From contig CAYNPH010000009.1 of the NCBI GenBank assembly GCA_964399035.1, forward strand, positions 73,846-137,845: a stretch of DNA of 64,000 nucleotides. The letters run 5' to 3'. The position numbers and the translations under genes are program-made. The notes beneath the pieces were generated by a model. That model had not been told where the DNA came from and did no database searches. It saw only the letters and a list, made by a program, of their open reading frames with translations. This stretch comes from an uncultured Desulfurococcaceae archaeon. GTDB taxonomy: Archaea; Thermoproteota; Thermoprotei_A; Sulfolobales; NBVN01. Numbering within the stretch: position 1 is the stretch's first letter; each line of letters starts with the position of its first letter. Shown here piece after piece: positions 1-11,195 of this stretch.

Positions 1-637
1 CTATGCTCACACCGGTTCTGTTGGCATCCTCCAAGGCTAACTTCATGATCTCGGGATCGGGATCATAGCCTTCGGCCGTACCGATCTTTATATTAATCCC
101 TAGCTTAGCCGAAGCTAATAACAGGGAATGAAGTACATTGTCACTCCCATCACCCACGAACGCTATAGTGAGGCCGGCCAGTCTCCCCTTCTTCTCAAGT
201 ATTGTTAACATATCACCGATTATCTGACACGGGTGTTCCTTGTCACTTAAGGCATTAATCACCGGAATAGTTGCGTACTTAGCTAACTCAACTAAGTCGC
301 CGTGGTTGTATACCCTAGCAACTATTCCGTCAACGTACCTGCTGAGAACCCTTGCAGTGTCCGCTATGGTTTCACCTCGTCCCAATTGCATTTCCTTCCA
401 ACCCAGTGATATGACGTAACCACCTAGCTGCACCATCGCTTGCTCGAAGCTTATTCTGGTTCGGGTGCTTGGCTTCTGAAATATCATCAGGAGGGTCTTC
501 CCCCTTAACACAGGGATAATCCTCTCACCAGCGTAGAACCTCCTCTTGAAATCAAGGGCCGTCTGAATAATGAATTGAAGTTCCTCCGAACTTAGGTCAG
601 CTATGGATATCAAGTCTCTCCCACGAAGGGACTTCAC
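1..637 (-). CDS. argF: Ornithine carbamoyltransferase, N-terminal part only (gene runs off the window start)
   Basis: Absent from the ORF track because it is open at the window edge. Hand translation of the minus strand from GTG at 637 gives VKSLRGRDLISIADLSSEELQFIIQTALDFKRRFYAGERIIPVLRGKTLLMIFQKPSTRTRISFEQAMVQLG ... DLVELAKYATIPVINALSDKEHPCQIIGDMLTILEKKGR. The STRTR and HPCQ motifs are OTCase hallmarks. The listed ORF 597..1208(-) is in another frame and looks spurious. Confidence 0.8.
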   Translation of the reverse strand, partial: MKSLRGRDLISIADLSSEELQFIIQTALDFKRRFYAGERIIPVLRGKTLLMIFQKPSTRTRISFEQAMVQLGGYVISLGWKEMQLGRGETIADTARVLSRYVDGIVARVYNHGDLVELAKYATIPVINALSDKEHPCQIIGDMLTILEKKGRLAGLTIAFVGDGSDNVLHSLLLASAKLGINIKIGTAEGYDPDPEIMKLALEDANRTGVSI

Positions 638-708
638 ATTTCTCCCTAGTGCTAGGGACGTGGAACACCGTAATAAACGTTAAACTAAGGTAGCACGATA
701 TATTAAGT

Positions 709-1350
709 GTGCTCGCGATGGACGCCGCAAGAATCATTGCTGAGATAGCGATGCCGCGTCGGAAGGTTAAACCTAACTTCACCCCATACCATGTAATCAA
801 GGCACTCATGATAATTGGCAAGGGCCGTGTAGGCCGCCCTAAGCTACGGGAGGAACTCGGGTTAGGGGATGCCAGCACAAGAACATTGCTTAAGCGCCTT
901 AGGGAGGCCGGATTGATAAGGTCGTTCCGTCCGACCGGGACTGAGTTAACGGAGAAAGGACGTGAAACTCTCAAGGAAGTGCTAAGTAGCTTAGTGGTGC
1001 TCGGGGAGGTAGTGCACGGCAACATCTGCAGTAACTGCGTCACCTCAGCAGTAGTTTTAAGGAGTGCTGCAAGCATCCTCAGGAGAATTGGAGTGATAAG
1101 GGTTAGGGATCTAGTAGTTAAGCAAGGAGCGGATGGAGCATTAGTACTGTTAGTAGGCCCTGACGGGGAGGTCTTAATGCCCGTACAGGACGGAGAGGTA
1201 CCTTTCACAGATCCGCTAGTCTTGAACGTAAGGGGAAAGGTTTCGTTGAGGGAGGGCGACGTGATACTTGTCGCTATGTGTAGTCCTCATGACGAGTCAT
1301 GCACTGAGCATGTAGTGAATGCCGCCATTGCGGTACTTGAGCGGGGTTAG
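709..1350 (+). CDS. Conserved hypothetical protein with an N-terminal winged-helix-like segment
   Basis: 213-aa ORF. The segment GRPKLREELGLGDASTRTLLKRLREAGLI resembles a wHTH recognition region. Its stop lies 3 nt before the next gene, suggesting an operon. The start is uncertain (GTG 709, ATG 718 or ATG 751); a TATA-like box gatatattaag at about 692-704 favours a downstream start. Confidence 0.45.
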   Translation: MLAMDAARIIAEIAMPRRKVKPNFTPYHVIKALMIIGKGRVGRPKLREELGLGDASTRTLLKRLREAGLIRSFRPTGTELTEKGRETLKEVLSSLVVLGEVVHGNICSNCVTSAVVLRSAASILRRIGVIRVRDLVVKQGADGALVLLVGPDGEVLMPVQDGEVPFTDPLVLNVRGKVSLREGDVILVAMCSPHDESCTEHVVNAAIAVLERG

Positions 1351-1353
1351 CAC

Positions 1354-2050
1354 GATGCGTAGGGCCGTAGCCCTCTACACTGGCGGGAAGGACTCCCACT
1401 ACGCGATAATTAAGGCCTTAGAGAAGGGCATCATGACCACCTGCTTAATAGTAGTGAGGGCTGGCAGGGAGGACTCATGGATGTTCCACACAGTGAACAT
1501 TGATCGGGCAGTCCTTCATGCCAAATTAATGGGCGTGCCTTATGTGACGGTGCAGGTGAGTGGTGCGAAAGAAATTGAAGTCGAAGAACTTAAGCACGCG
1601 CTAAGAACTCAAGCTATAACGTGTACCGACGAAGTCGAGTATCTAGTGACTGGTGCTGTGGCCTCGAAATACCAGAAGGAGCGCGTTGACATACTGGCGG
1701 AGGAGCTAGGTTTAAGGCACTACGCTCCCCTATGGGGCGCTGATCAAGGTAAGTTATTCCTTGAAGAAGCGAGCGCCTTAGGTTTCCTGATAACAGCCGT
1801 TCAAGCATATGGTTTAAGTAGTGAGCTACTAGGTAGGCTCATAACTCCCAGCTTTGCAGTAAAGCTACTCTCTAGGTTCAAGCAATACTCTATAAGCCCC
1901 GTGGGGGAAGGCGGCGAGTTCGAAACATTCGTTATTTCCTCACCACTGTTTCGGGGGCGATCCATGGCCGTACGTAAGGCTTCAATGACTTGGAACCCGA
2001 ATACCTTCACAGGGTACTACGTAATTGAGGATGTTGGGATCTTACCTTAA
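1354..2050 (+). CDS. PP-loop ATP pyrophosphatase, diphthine-ammonia ligase (Dph6/MJ0570)-like
   Basis: MRRAVALYTGGKDSHYAI carries the SGGKDS-type PP-loop. GEGGEFETFV near the C-terminus is typical of the MJ0570/Dph6 family. I take the start at ATG 1354, not the ORF-track 1319. Confidence 0.7.
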
Positions 2051-2063
2051 AATAAGGAATGCG

Positions 2064-3122
2064 CTACTTCCTGAACCATGCATCCAATCCCCTAACCCGT
2101 GCCTTTATGTTCTCCCTGTACGCCTTCCTCAGCCTTTCATACGCGTTCTTAACCCGCTCAGGAGAAAAGTCGTGCTCCTTCACGAGTATCTCCATTAGCT
2201 CCTCTAGGTTTGGTTCACGCCATTCAACCTTGTACTCGTCGGTGACTGGTGGGTTGAGGAATAGTTCCTTAATTTTCTCGGGCGGTACGGGGAAGGACGC
2301 GCCTGGGAGGGCCTTAAGTGCTCTCTCCAACGTTCCGTATGTGCGTATTAAACGATACGCTGTCTTAGGCCCTACCCCCTTAACACCCGAGGGATTGTAG
2401 TCCGTCCCGAGCAGTATAGCTATATCTATTAGTTGCTCCCTCGTGAGATTAAGTACCTTCAGTAGCGTGTCAAGCTCTATGACTTCCGGCTTTATTTCTA
2501 CGTAAACGTTCTTGCGCGGTAGCTTCCTCCTTCCCGAGATTGTCAAGTTCCTGAGCAATCGAGGGGCGCCGAAGAGTAGTGAGTCATAATCCTGTGAGGC
2601 GGCTGCCCAAGCATCGCCCTTCTTAGCTAGGTACGCTGCCTGAGCCTCCCCCTCGGAAGGGGCTTGAACCCATGGGACACCCATGGCGTTAAGCAGTTTC
2701 TTCGCATCCTCAACCATCTCGTTCGTTAACCTAGATGACATCTGCGCATACCTCCTAGCTGCCTCTAAGTCACCTTTACTTAGTGCTTCGACGTACTTCT
2801 TCGCCGCCTCCTCCCTTACGCTCATCCTCTCAGCTATTTCCTTAGCCTTCAGTTCCGGTGGCTTACCGTCAAACACGTAGACGGGCTTTATCCCTGCTTC
2901 CATGAAGTTAATCGTCCTGTAGAAGAGCCCGCTTAAGTGACTGGTTACCCTCCCCTGCCTATCCTTTAAGGGAGTCCCGTCGGGCTGCCTTATCGCCGCA
3001 AGAAACTGGTATAGCGCGTTGTACGCGTCTATAGCCACTACCTTCCCTTTGAGTTCCCTTAGATCCCCTACAACACGTACTGCCTCCTGCGGTATCAGCT
3101 CCTTTAAGTTCACACCCAACAA
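2064..3122 (-). CDS. fen: Flap endonuclease 1 (FEN-1)
   Basis: 352 aa. [10 protein letters not shown]...[66 protein letters not shown] is the canonical XPG-N/I FEN-1 sequence. Confidence 0.92.
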   Translation of the reverse strand: MLGVNLKELIPQEAVRVVGDLRELKGKVVAIDAYNALYQFLAAIRQPDGTPLKDRQGRVTSHLSGLFYRTINFMEAGIKPVYVFDGKPPELKAKEIAERMSVREEAAKKYVEALSKGDLEAARRYAQMSSRLTNEMVEDAKKLLNAMGVPWVQAPSEGEAQAAYLAKKGDAWAAASQDYDSLLFGAPRLLRNLTISGRRKLPRKNVYVEIKPEVIELDTLLKVLNLTREQLIDIAILLGTDYNPSGVKGVGPKTAYRLIRTYGTLERALKALPGASFPVPPEKIKELFLNPPVTDEYKVEWREPNLEELMEILVKEHDFSPERVKNAYERLRKAYRENIKARVRGLDAWFRK

Positions 3123-3215
3123 TAATCCCCATATACCTTAACCTTGTGGACATAGTTAAGTATTGCAATCACCACCGGATTGTTTTTAAGGCCACCTACT
3201 TACCTATGATAGGTC

Positions 3216-3437
3216 GTGAGCATGAGTCACGCAAGCGAGCAGAGTAAGGGACCAGTGATAGTTGAGGCTTCAACCCCGCCGATATGCAGTAGTTGCGGTA
3301 GGGTAGTTCCTCCCGGCGAGAAGGCCGTTAAGTTCTACTGCCCGAACTGCGGCACAATATTAATCTGGAGATGTAGGAAGTGCAGGGAACTAGTGATACC
3401 GTATAAGTGCCCGAACTGTGGTTTTGAAGGTCCTTAA
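3216..3437 (+). CDS. Small double zinc-ribbon protein, conserved partner upstream of EF-1beta
   Basis: Three CxxC-type knuckles plus one further Cys pair (CSSCG, CPNCG, CRKC, CPNCG) in 73 aa. It sits immediately upstream of aEF-1beta, a conserved archaeal pairing. The start is GTG 3216 or ATG 3222. Confidence 0.6.
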   Translation: MSMSHASEQSKGPVIVEASTPPICSSCGRVVPPGEKAVKFYCPNCGTILIWRCRKCRELVIPYKCPNCGFEGP

Positions 3438-3451
3438 GAGGTGGGTCAGAT

Positions 3452-3730
3452 ATGGCTAAAGTACTGGTTGCATTAAGAGTAAACCCTTCAGATGAGAACG
3501 TGGATCTCGACAAGTTAGTCGAGGAGGTAAAGAAGAACTTACCTAAGGATTTTGAGATAGTGAAGCACGAGAAGACCTACATAGCGTTCGGGCTTTACGC
3601 GTTGAGGCTGTATGTGATAATGCCGGAGGAGTTCGAGGGCGGGACGGAGAAGCTGGAGGAGTATCTGAAGGGCATCGAAGGTATATCATCAATAGACATA
3701 GAGTACGTAACTAGGACAGAAGCATTTTAG
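3452..3730 (+). CDS. Translation elongation factor aEF-1 beta
   Basis: 92 aa. MAKVLVALRVNPSDENVDLDKLVEEVKK...IAFGLYALRLYVIMPEEFEGGTEKLEEYL is the typical aEF-1beta length and pattern. Confidence 0.85.
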   Translation: MAKVLVALRVNPSDENVDLDKLVEEVKKNLPKDFEIVKHEKTYIAFGLYALRLYVIMPEEFEGGTEKLEEYLKGIEGISSIDIEYVTRTEAF

Positions 3731-3750
3731 AATGAGGCACCTAAGTCTTC

Positions 3751-3786
3751 TTAATTTTTGAGGCAGAACCGTTGCTTGAGTCATGG
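3751..3786 (+). terminator. Oligo-T tract plus hairpin downstream of EF-1beta
   Basis: A T5 run lies at 3755-3759, followed by the inverted repeat agaacc(14 nt)ggttct. Archaeal RNAP terminates at oligo-T tracts. Confidence 0.35.
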
Positions 3787-3905
3787 TTCTAAGAATCTAT
3801 AGTTAACGTATTTAGTAGTACCAACCACATCTGCACGATTGGCTGAGAATTAACCAAGCAATCCCTATAAGCTCTAGAACTACAATCGAGCTTAGGTAGT
3901 GATGA

Positions 3906-6113
<2,208 letters not shown>

Positions 6114-6171
6114 TTTCAGCAATAACGTCTTTAAGGCTTAACAGAAGAAGGTGTAGCGGAGGGACATGTAA

Positions 6172-6426
6172 TTGCTGATAACTAGGTTCCCTTCCAATAT
6201 CGTATTAAGGATACTGGAAATACTAAATGAGAACACTGGAATAATGAAGGATACCGACCTTTATGAAGCCCTAAGAAGAGAGTTCGATATATCGTACCAC
6301 GAGATGATGAGGTACTTAATGATGTTGGAAATCCGAGGATATATCCATGTTTCCTCGTCACGAGAGAACTTACGGGTAATATCGCTTAACCCTAGGATTA
6401 AGGAGTACCTGGCTTCTAGGGCTTAG
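6172..6426 (+). CDS. Small hypothetical winged-helix-like protein
   Basis: 84-aa ORF with a TTG start (alternative ATG at MKDTDL). LRILEILNENTGIMKDTDLYEAL...MRYLMMLEIRGYI looks wHTH-like. No family was recognised. Confidence 0.4.
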   Translation: MLITRFPSNIVLRILEILNENTGIMKDTDLYEALRREFDISYHEMMRYLMMLEIRGYIHVSSSRENLRVISLNPRIKEYLASRA

Positions 6427-7289
6427 GGCGGCTCCACGCCATAGACCTTCGAGATATTGTCTATCATTACCTTATGGATGAACTCTAGGAACCCAATGTC
6501 AGTACTTAGTAGCTGACTAACCGCCTTCGCTATTTCCCAGGGATACATTACTACTCCGGGCCTCTTAGGGTCATCTATGTAGTCACTTTCGGCCTCAACG
6601 CATAGAGCGCCTAGTCGCTTAGCCTGCGCCAGTACCTCACCTCTACCCACTACCGTGGTGCTTAGTCCCTTCTCGCAGGCGTGAAGCGCCATACCCGTTG
6701 ATGAGTGGTGTAGGATCACGGATCTAGTATTTTGTACCCCTAGCAAGTTCACCATAGTTTCCACGGACTCTACTGTTATTTGACCCCCTTGCTCCAGGTG
6801 TAAGTGTAGGACACCTCCATGATCACGAACTATTTCTAATGCCGCTAACAGCAATGCGTCGTTAGCCGCGAATGACTCGGGTATACTTTTGTAGTGAGGT
6901 CTGCCAAACTCCCCTATTCCTTGAAGCTTACCCTCATCAATCATCATCGCCAGTATCCTCATTATATTCTCACGCACAAACGAAACTACGTTGGAGGTGT
7001 CGCCCCTACTTCTCTTGATTAAATGATCAATGAATGCTGGATGTACTCCCGCGATACACGCGACCTTAATACCAGCTTTTCTAGCTTCGTCACATTGCCT
7101 TACATGTAACTCTATGGCTTTAACAGCACCCTCCAGTGTCTGCGGTAGGCCATAATGCTGCGGTGGTAGCGAAACTAGAGCGATGAACCAGCCCCCATGT
7201 TTACTAAACTTCTCGCTAATACGGAAAGCACCTAACCCCGACGGTGAGGCATGCGCATGTGCATCCGCTATCGGCACCGTGACCCTCAT
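6423..7289 (-). CDS. TatD-family metal-dependent hydrolase
   Basis: N-terminal IADAHAHASP (HxH metal ligands) and later histidines (VLHLHLE, ILHHSS) fit the amidohydrolase/TatD fold. The ORF extends to 7307. I prefer ATG 7289 (MRVTVPIADAHAH) because a TTTTTATAG box sits about 30 nt upstream of it. Confidence 0.55.
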   Translation of the reverse strand: MRVTVPIADAHAHASPSGLGAFRISEKFSKHGGWFIALVSLPPQHYGLPQTLEGAVKAIELHVRQCDEARKAGIKVACIAGVHPAFIDHLIKRSRGDTSNVVSFVRENIMRILAMMIDEGKLQGIGEFGRPHYKSIPESFAANDALLLAALEIVRDHGGVLHLHLEQGGQITVESVETMVNLLGVQNTRSVILHHSSTGMALHACEKGLSTTVVGRGEVLAQAKRLGALCVEAESDYIDDPKRPGVVMYPWEIAKAVSQLLSTDIGFLEFIHKVMIDNISKVYGVEPP

Positions 7290-7395
7290 ACTTATCGTTA
7301 CCTCCATAACTCTATAAAAAGATCGTTACGTATTAAACCCCTCCAAACTAAAGCTTATTAAGCAATTCCAGCCCTACTTTTCACGGTGTTGAATA

Positions 7396-7815
7396 GTGTC
7401 GATTGTCGTGCGTGAATTTAACAGTATTGGTGAGTTCATAAAGAGTGTAGATGATGAACTCAGCGAAATGCGTAGGAAGCTAGGTGAGCTCTTGAGGAGG
7501 CTTGAGGAATTGCGTGTGAAGGTGGAGCAGGAACGGAAAATTAAGTCCATACTTAGCAAGTTAGGAGCGGCTGCTTCGGCTGGTGCACAATCAAATATTG
7601 TTGAACTTAAAACCATCAAGCTAATAATGAACCCTACAGCGGAACAGGAAGTATCGGCTTTAGAGCAGGTTGTTGAAATGCTTAATAATAAGATTACGCA
7701 ACTGCAGGCGATAAAGAAAGACTTAGACGTTCTAGGAGGAATGGACATTGAAGTAAAGCTTACAGCTATCTATGTCGATGGATTACCTAAAAACATCCTT
7801 ATTAGGATAATGTAA
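7396..7815 (+). CDS. Hypothetical coiled-coil protein at the edge of the pilus island
   Basis: 139 aa with a GTG start. It has heptad-rich stretches (LSEMRRKLGELLRRLEELRVKVEQERKIK; LEQVVEMLNNKITQLQAIKKDL). No family was recognised. Confidence 0.4.
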   Translation: MSIVVREFNSIGEFIKSVDDELSEMRRKLGELLRRLEELRVKVEQERKIKSILSKLGAAASAGAQSNIVELKTIKLIMNPTAEQEVSALEQVVEMLNNKITQLQAIKKDLDVLGGMDIEVKLTAIYVDGLPKNILIRIM

Positions 7816-7887
7816 AAAGCGATGTGGTAAATTAACTGAAATATTTAGTTTTAAACATTAAAAATTACCTTAAATGCAGAATATACC

Positions 7888-10800
7888 TTAAAATATTTCT
7901 TCACTTGATGCTAACCTTTCTGCTAATATTGCTTTTAGTTTTGCTATGATAATGACAGCAACTCCAGCAATAGCTGCTATGGCTATGATTGGCAAATACC
8001 TAAATACCACAGTAAGTATCTGTGGTTGTAAGGTTATACGGATATTCTTGCTTGAGTCTAAAGTAAATTGCTGTACCGCTTGATAGAAACCCTTAGCATC
8101 AACTATTATCTTGTAATGACCGTAAAATAGGCTTGTGCTAGCCATACCATTTTGATCTGTGTACATCTGTGTAAGTAGTGAACCCATATCAGTGTTAATA
8201 ACCGATATTTTAGCATTTTTTACGGGGTTACCTAAATCATCATATACACTTACACTTAGTGAGTAGTACATCCTTCTCATGTTAAAGCTTACTTTAGTAT
8301 TGTTTTCAACTTTAATTGTCTTAGGTTTAGATTCCATATACATTTTCTCATACTTAGGTAAAGGTTTAAGTTGGAATACATATTTCCCATAAGGTAAAGT
8401 TACATTAGCCTCTGCCCTAATATTAGTGAGTACCTGAGTATTATTAACTATTAACGCAAATTTCCCTTCCAACTTACCTGTTGTTATATCCCTTACACTA
8501 ATATTAACAACATAGGTCTTCCTAGGTATCTGCAGCGTATCTTCGTAATTTCTAGTTAGATCCACACGTAATGAGACATTATTATAAACTTTTTCAAAGC
8601 CTCGCGCAGGCTTAATGCTTATCGTGTAATTAGCAGAACGCAAATACAACGTAAATTCCTCATTACCTGGCTTTAAGATCTGTGTTGTACTTCCATTAAC
8701 ATAAACCATTAATGGCGTTATAGGGGCTGATTCCGTTACGTCATCAAGCAACATTATTTTTACACGATACATAATTCTCGACATTGATATCACCACGCTA
8801 GTCGATCTGTTAACATTGAGAAGTAAGTTACTAGGTCTGTAGATTTTCGCGTATATCCCCTGAGGGACAATGGAAATTGTATGGTTACCGTAAACCAACT
8901 GCATTCTCAGCGATCCGTTGACTACCGGAACTTTCATTTTACCGTCAATTATTGCGGTAAAGTTCCCGTTGGGTATTTTACCCGTGAGAGTGTCCATTAG
9001 TTTCACATTTACTGAAAACTTTCTGTAAGGTATGGGAATAGAAACAATGTACTTACCGAATGTGGGTATCGTCACTAACTTTGTAACGTTCTGCAAGTGT
9101 GGGTTGCTTGACATTATTGATATAGCATAAGTTTCACCAGGTATTACTCGGGGCACTACTACTTCATAATTCTTTGTTTCTGAAAGATTATATACTATTT
9201 TTCCGTTTGGATAACTAAACACTAACCTACCATTGGTAAGTTTCTCCTTATTTGGAGGGATAATCCGAATTGTCAGGGACGGTAATAGATATTTACTTAT
9301 GTCCACAGGAACACGTCCAAAAACCACATTATTTAGTCCCTTTGCCACAACTAATGAAGACCCCCCTCCTACAGCTATCAGCGTTAAGGAAGCCGAGGCA
9401 TCTCCTGACACTACATGCAATGGAGCAAAACTCAATCGAGTATTAATACGCAAGTACGGAAACTGCGAGACACCAATTGAAATGACCTGCAATCCATTGC
9501 TTGTATATACTACATATACATTCTTCCCTGCCATTGGCACAGGTTTCATTGAAACCAATTTAGCTGGAGATACATATTCGTTTACGTACATATAACTAGT
9601 TCCCATCCATTCATACGCCTTAATGGTTCCATCATCCAAACCAACCGCAACATAAGGCGAATTAGGAAACGTAATAACACTAGCTACACTACGTGATCTA
9701 CCAACATAATCCGTTACTGATCCGTTAGTAACGTCAAAGTTATTACTTATTCTAAGTAAGTTAAGATTCCCACTTAGGGGATCTACAAATACTAGCAAAT
9801 ACCATGAACCATACTTATTGCTATGCCTTACAACCCTCATACTGAGAGTACCACGAGGCAATTTATAATCCAGTACCTTGACAAGCTTATAATTAGTTGG
9901 TGCTGTCGAAACATCAAGTACACCAACAATGTACTTAGTAAAGCTAGGCTGACCATATATCTCGGCCATTGGTGTCGTAAGTGGCGGTGCCCGTAAGACT
10001 AATTGCTCATGTATAACACGCACGTAGCTAGGCATCTTACTTAAGTTAAAGGATGCATGATACTTAACCCCATATATATCAAATACGGTTACGTTTACAT
10101 CAAACCCTCTAGGCACAATTATGTCAGCAATTCCACGACTGTCGGCATTTAAACCATAAACATACTTTGTCCCTGTACTTCTATTGAACACAACTACCTC
10201 CACAGCTGCTTTTGATGCAGGGATAGCACTTTTCTCAGAACTCGTTACGTATGTTACATTAAGTAGTAAATGCACAAATTCAGTATAAGGTAACCAAGCT
10301 ACAAATAAATGCGATGCATCATAGTAGTACTTACCCGGCTCAACAACCAAGGGAGCTGCAATTAATTGAGGATATACCTTATGAAATGAAGAAGCTGATG
10401 CGTTACCTACCGTGGCTCCTACTCTGAATACAGACTTTGATAATTCATCGAATACGTATACTTGACAAGTTAAACATACCCCGCTAGGTCTACCACCCTC
10501 ACTAACTAGTGCAGCAACCTTATACGAGTTACCTTTTCCTGTTAAGACAATAATTTTCTTCACGTAGAAGTCAACACCGCCAATATACTGAAGTAATTTA
10601 TATAGCTTACCCCCGTTCACAGCAAATAACAATATTTCTCCTTTATCTGTACCGATAGCTATCCTCTCTACGGGATATCCATTAGTAGCAACAGCTGTAA
10701 CCCTACCCACAATTGGGTAAACCATTACTTGTTTAACACCGGAGATCGGGTCAGATACTTCGTAAACCGCCAGAAGCGACGTTCCCTTAGCACTACCTAT

Positions 10801-11010
10801 TACTGCAATCTCATGATCGTTTATTACTATAACATGTTCTATTGATATATTACCTAGATTTACTGAGTAGGCATAAACTTGTGGTTGCTGAGCATTAACC
10901 ACAAACCCCGTAGCGCTAGGAAATATTACTGTAAACAATACCATTATAAATAATAATATTGTTATAAGGTATATCCCTCTTAATCCCTCTCTACCAGTTA
11001 TGTACATCAT
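7888..11010 (-). CDS. Large membrane-anchored surface (glyco)protein: N-terminal signal/TM, propeller-like region, about 5 tandem Ig-like repeats, C-terminal TM anchor
   Basis: 1040 aa.
- N-terminal hydrophobic segment: IYLITILLFIMVLFTVIFPSATG.
- C-terminal anchor: LPIIAIAAIAGVAVIIIAKL.
- About 20 N-x-S/T sequons by hand count.
- Five modules of about 83-85 aa (aa about 577-996) with a recurring G-x-Y-x-[IV]-x-[IV] motif: PGETYAISIM, YGNHTISIV, SANYTISIK, YGKYVFQLK, YGHYKIIVD. Confidence 0.7.
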   Translation of the reverse strand: MMYITGREGLRGIYLITILLFIMVLFTVIFPSATGFVVNAQQPQVYAYSVNLGNISIEHVIVINDHEIAVIGSAKGTSLLAVYEVSDPISGVKQVMVYPIVGRVTAVATNGYPVERIAIGTDKGEILLFAVNGGKLYKLLQYIGGVDFYVKKIIVLTGKGNSYKVAALVSEGGRPSGVCLTCQVYVFDELSKSVFRVGATVGNASASSFHKVYPQLIAAPLVVEPGKYYYDASHLFVAWLPYTEFVHLLLNVTYVTSSEKSAIPASKAAVEVVVFNRSTGTKYVYGLNADSRGIADIIVPRGFDVNVTVFDIYGVKYHASFNLSKMPSYVRVIHEQLVLRAPPLTTPMAEIYGQPSFTKYIVGVLDVSTAPTNYKLVKVLDYKLPRGTLSMRVVRHSNKYGSWYLLVFVDPLSGNLNLLRISNNFDVTNGSVTDYVGRSRSVASVITFPNSPYVAVGLDDGTIKAYEWMGTSYMYVNEYVSPAKLVSMKPVPMAGKNVYVVYTSNGLQVISIGVSQFPYLRINTRLSFAPLHVVSGDASASLTLIAVGGGSSLVVAKGLNNVVFGRVPVDISKYLLPSLTIRIIPPNKEKLTNGRLVFSYPNGKIVYNLSETKNYEVVVPRVIPGETYAISIMSSNPHLQNVTKLVTIPTFGKYIVSIPIPYRKFSVNVKLMDTLTGKIPNGNFTAIIDGKMKVPVVNGSLRMQLVYGNHTISIVPQGIYAKIYRPSNLLLNVNRSTSVVISMSRIMYRVKIMLLDDVTESAPITPLMVYVNGSTTQILKPGNEEFTLYLRSANYTISIKPARGFEKVYNNVSLRVDLTRNYEDTLQIPRKTYVVNISVRDITTGKLEGKFALIVNNTQVLTNIRAEANVTLPYGKYVFQLKPLPKYEKMYMESKPKTIKVENNTKVSFNMRRMYYSLSVSVYDDLGNPVKNAKISVINTDMGSLLTQMYTDQNGMASTSLFYGHYKIIVDAKGFYQAVQQFTLDSSKNIRITLQPQILTVVFRYLPIIAIAAIAGVAVIIIAKLKAILAERLASSEEIF

Positions 11011-11195
11011 TTCCCCCCACGTTAACCCTATTGTTAACCTAGATTATTCCTCTAACTTTACAGCTAACCCACGATATAAAATCCTTAGCTGTCCCCCTTA
11101 AATTATTACTCCGATCCGTTCTTGTAGTAGAACAAAAATAAAAAAACAGTAAAAGTACGTATTTCTCATGGCAAATCCCAAAGGGTGATGGTGAT

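Noticed and set aside
597-1208. 203-aa minus-strand ORF overlapping the argF start and the 709..1350 gene.
   Set aside because: It is Ser/Thr/Pro/Leu-rich and low in complexity. It is antisense to a plausible gene and in a different frame from the well-supported OTCase reading frame, so it is a typical shadow ORF.
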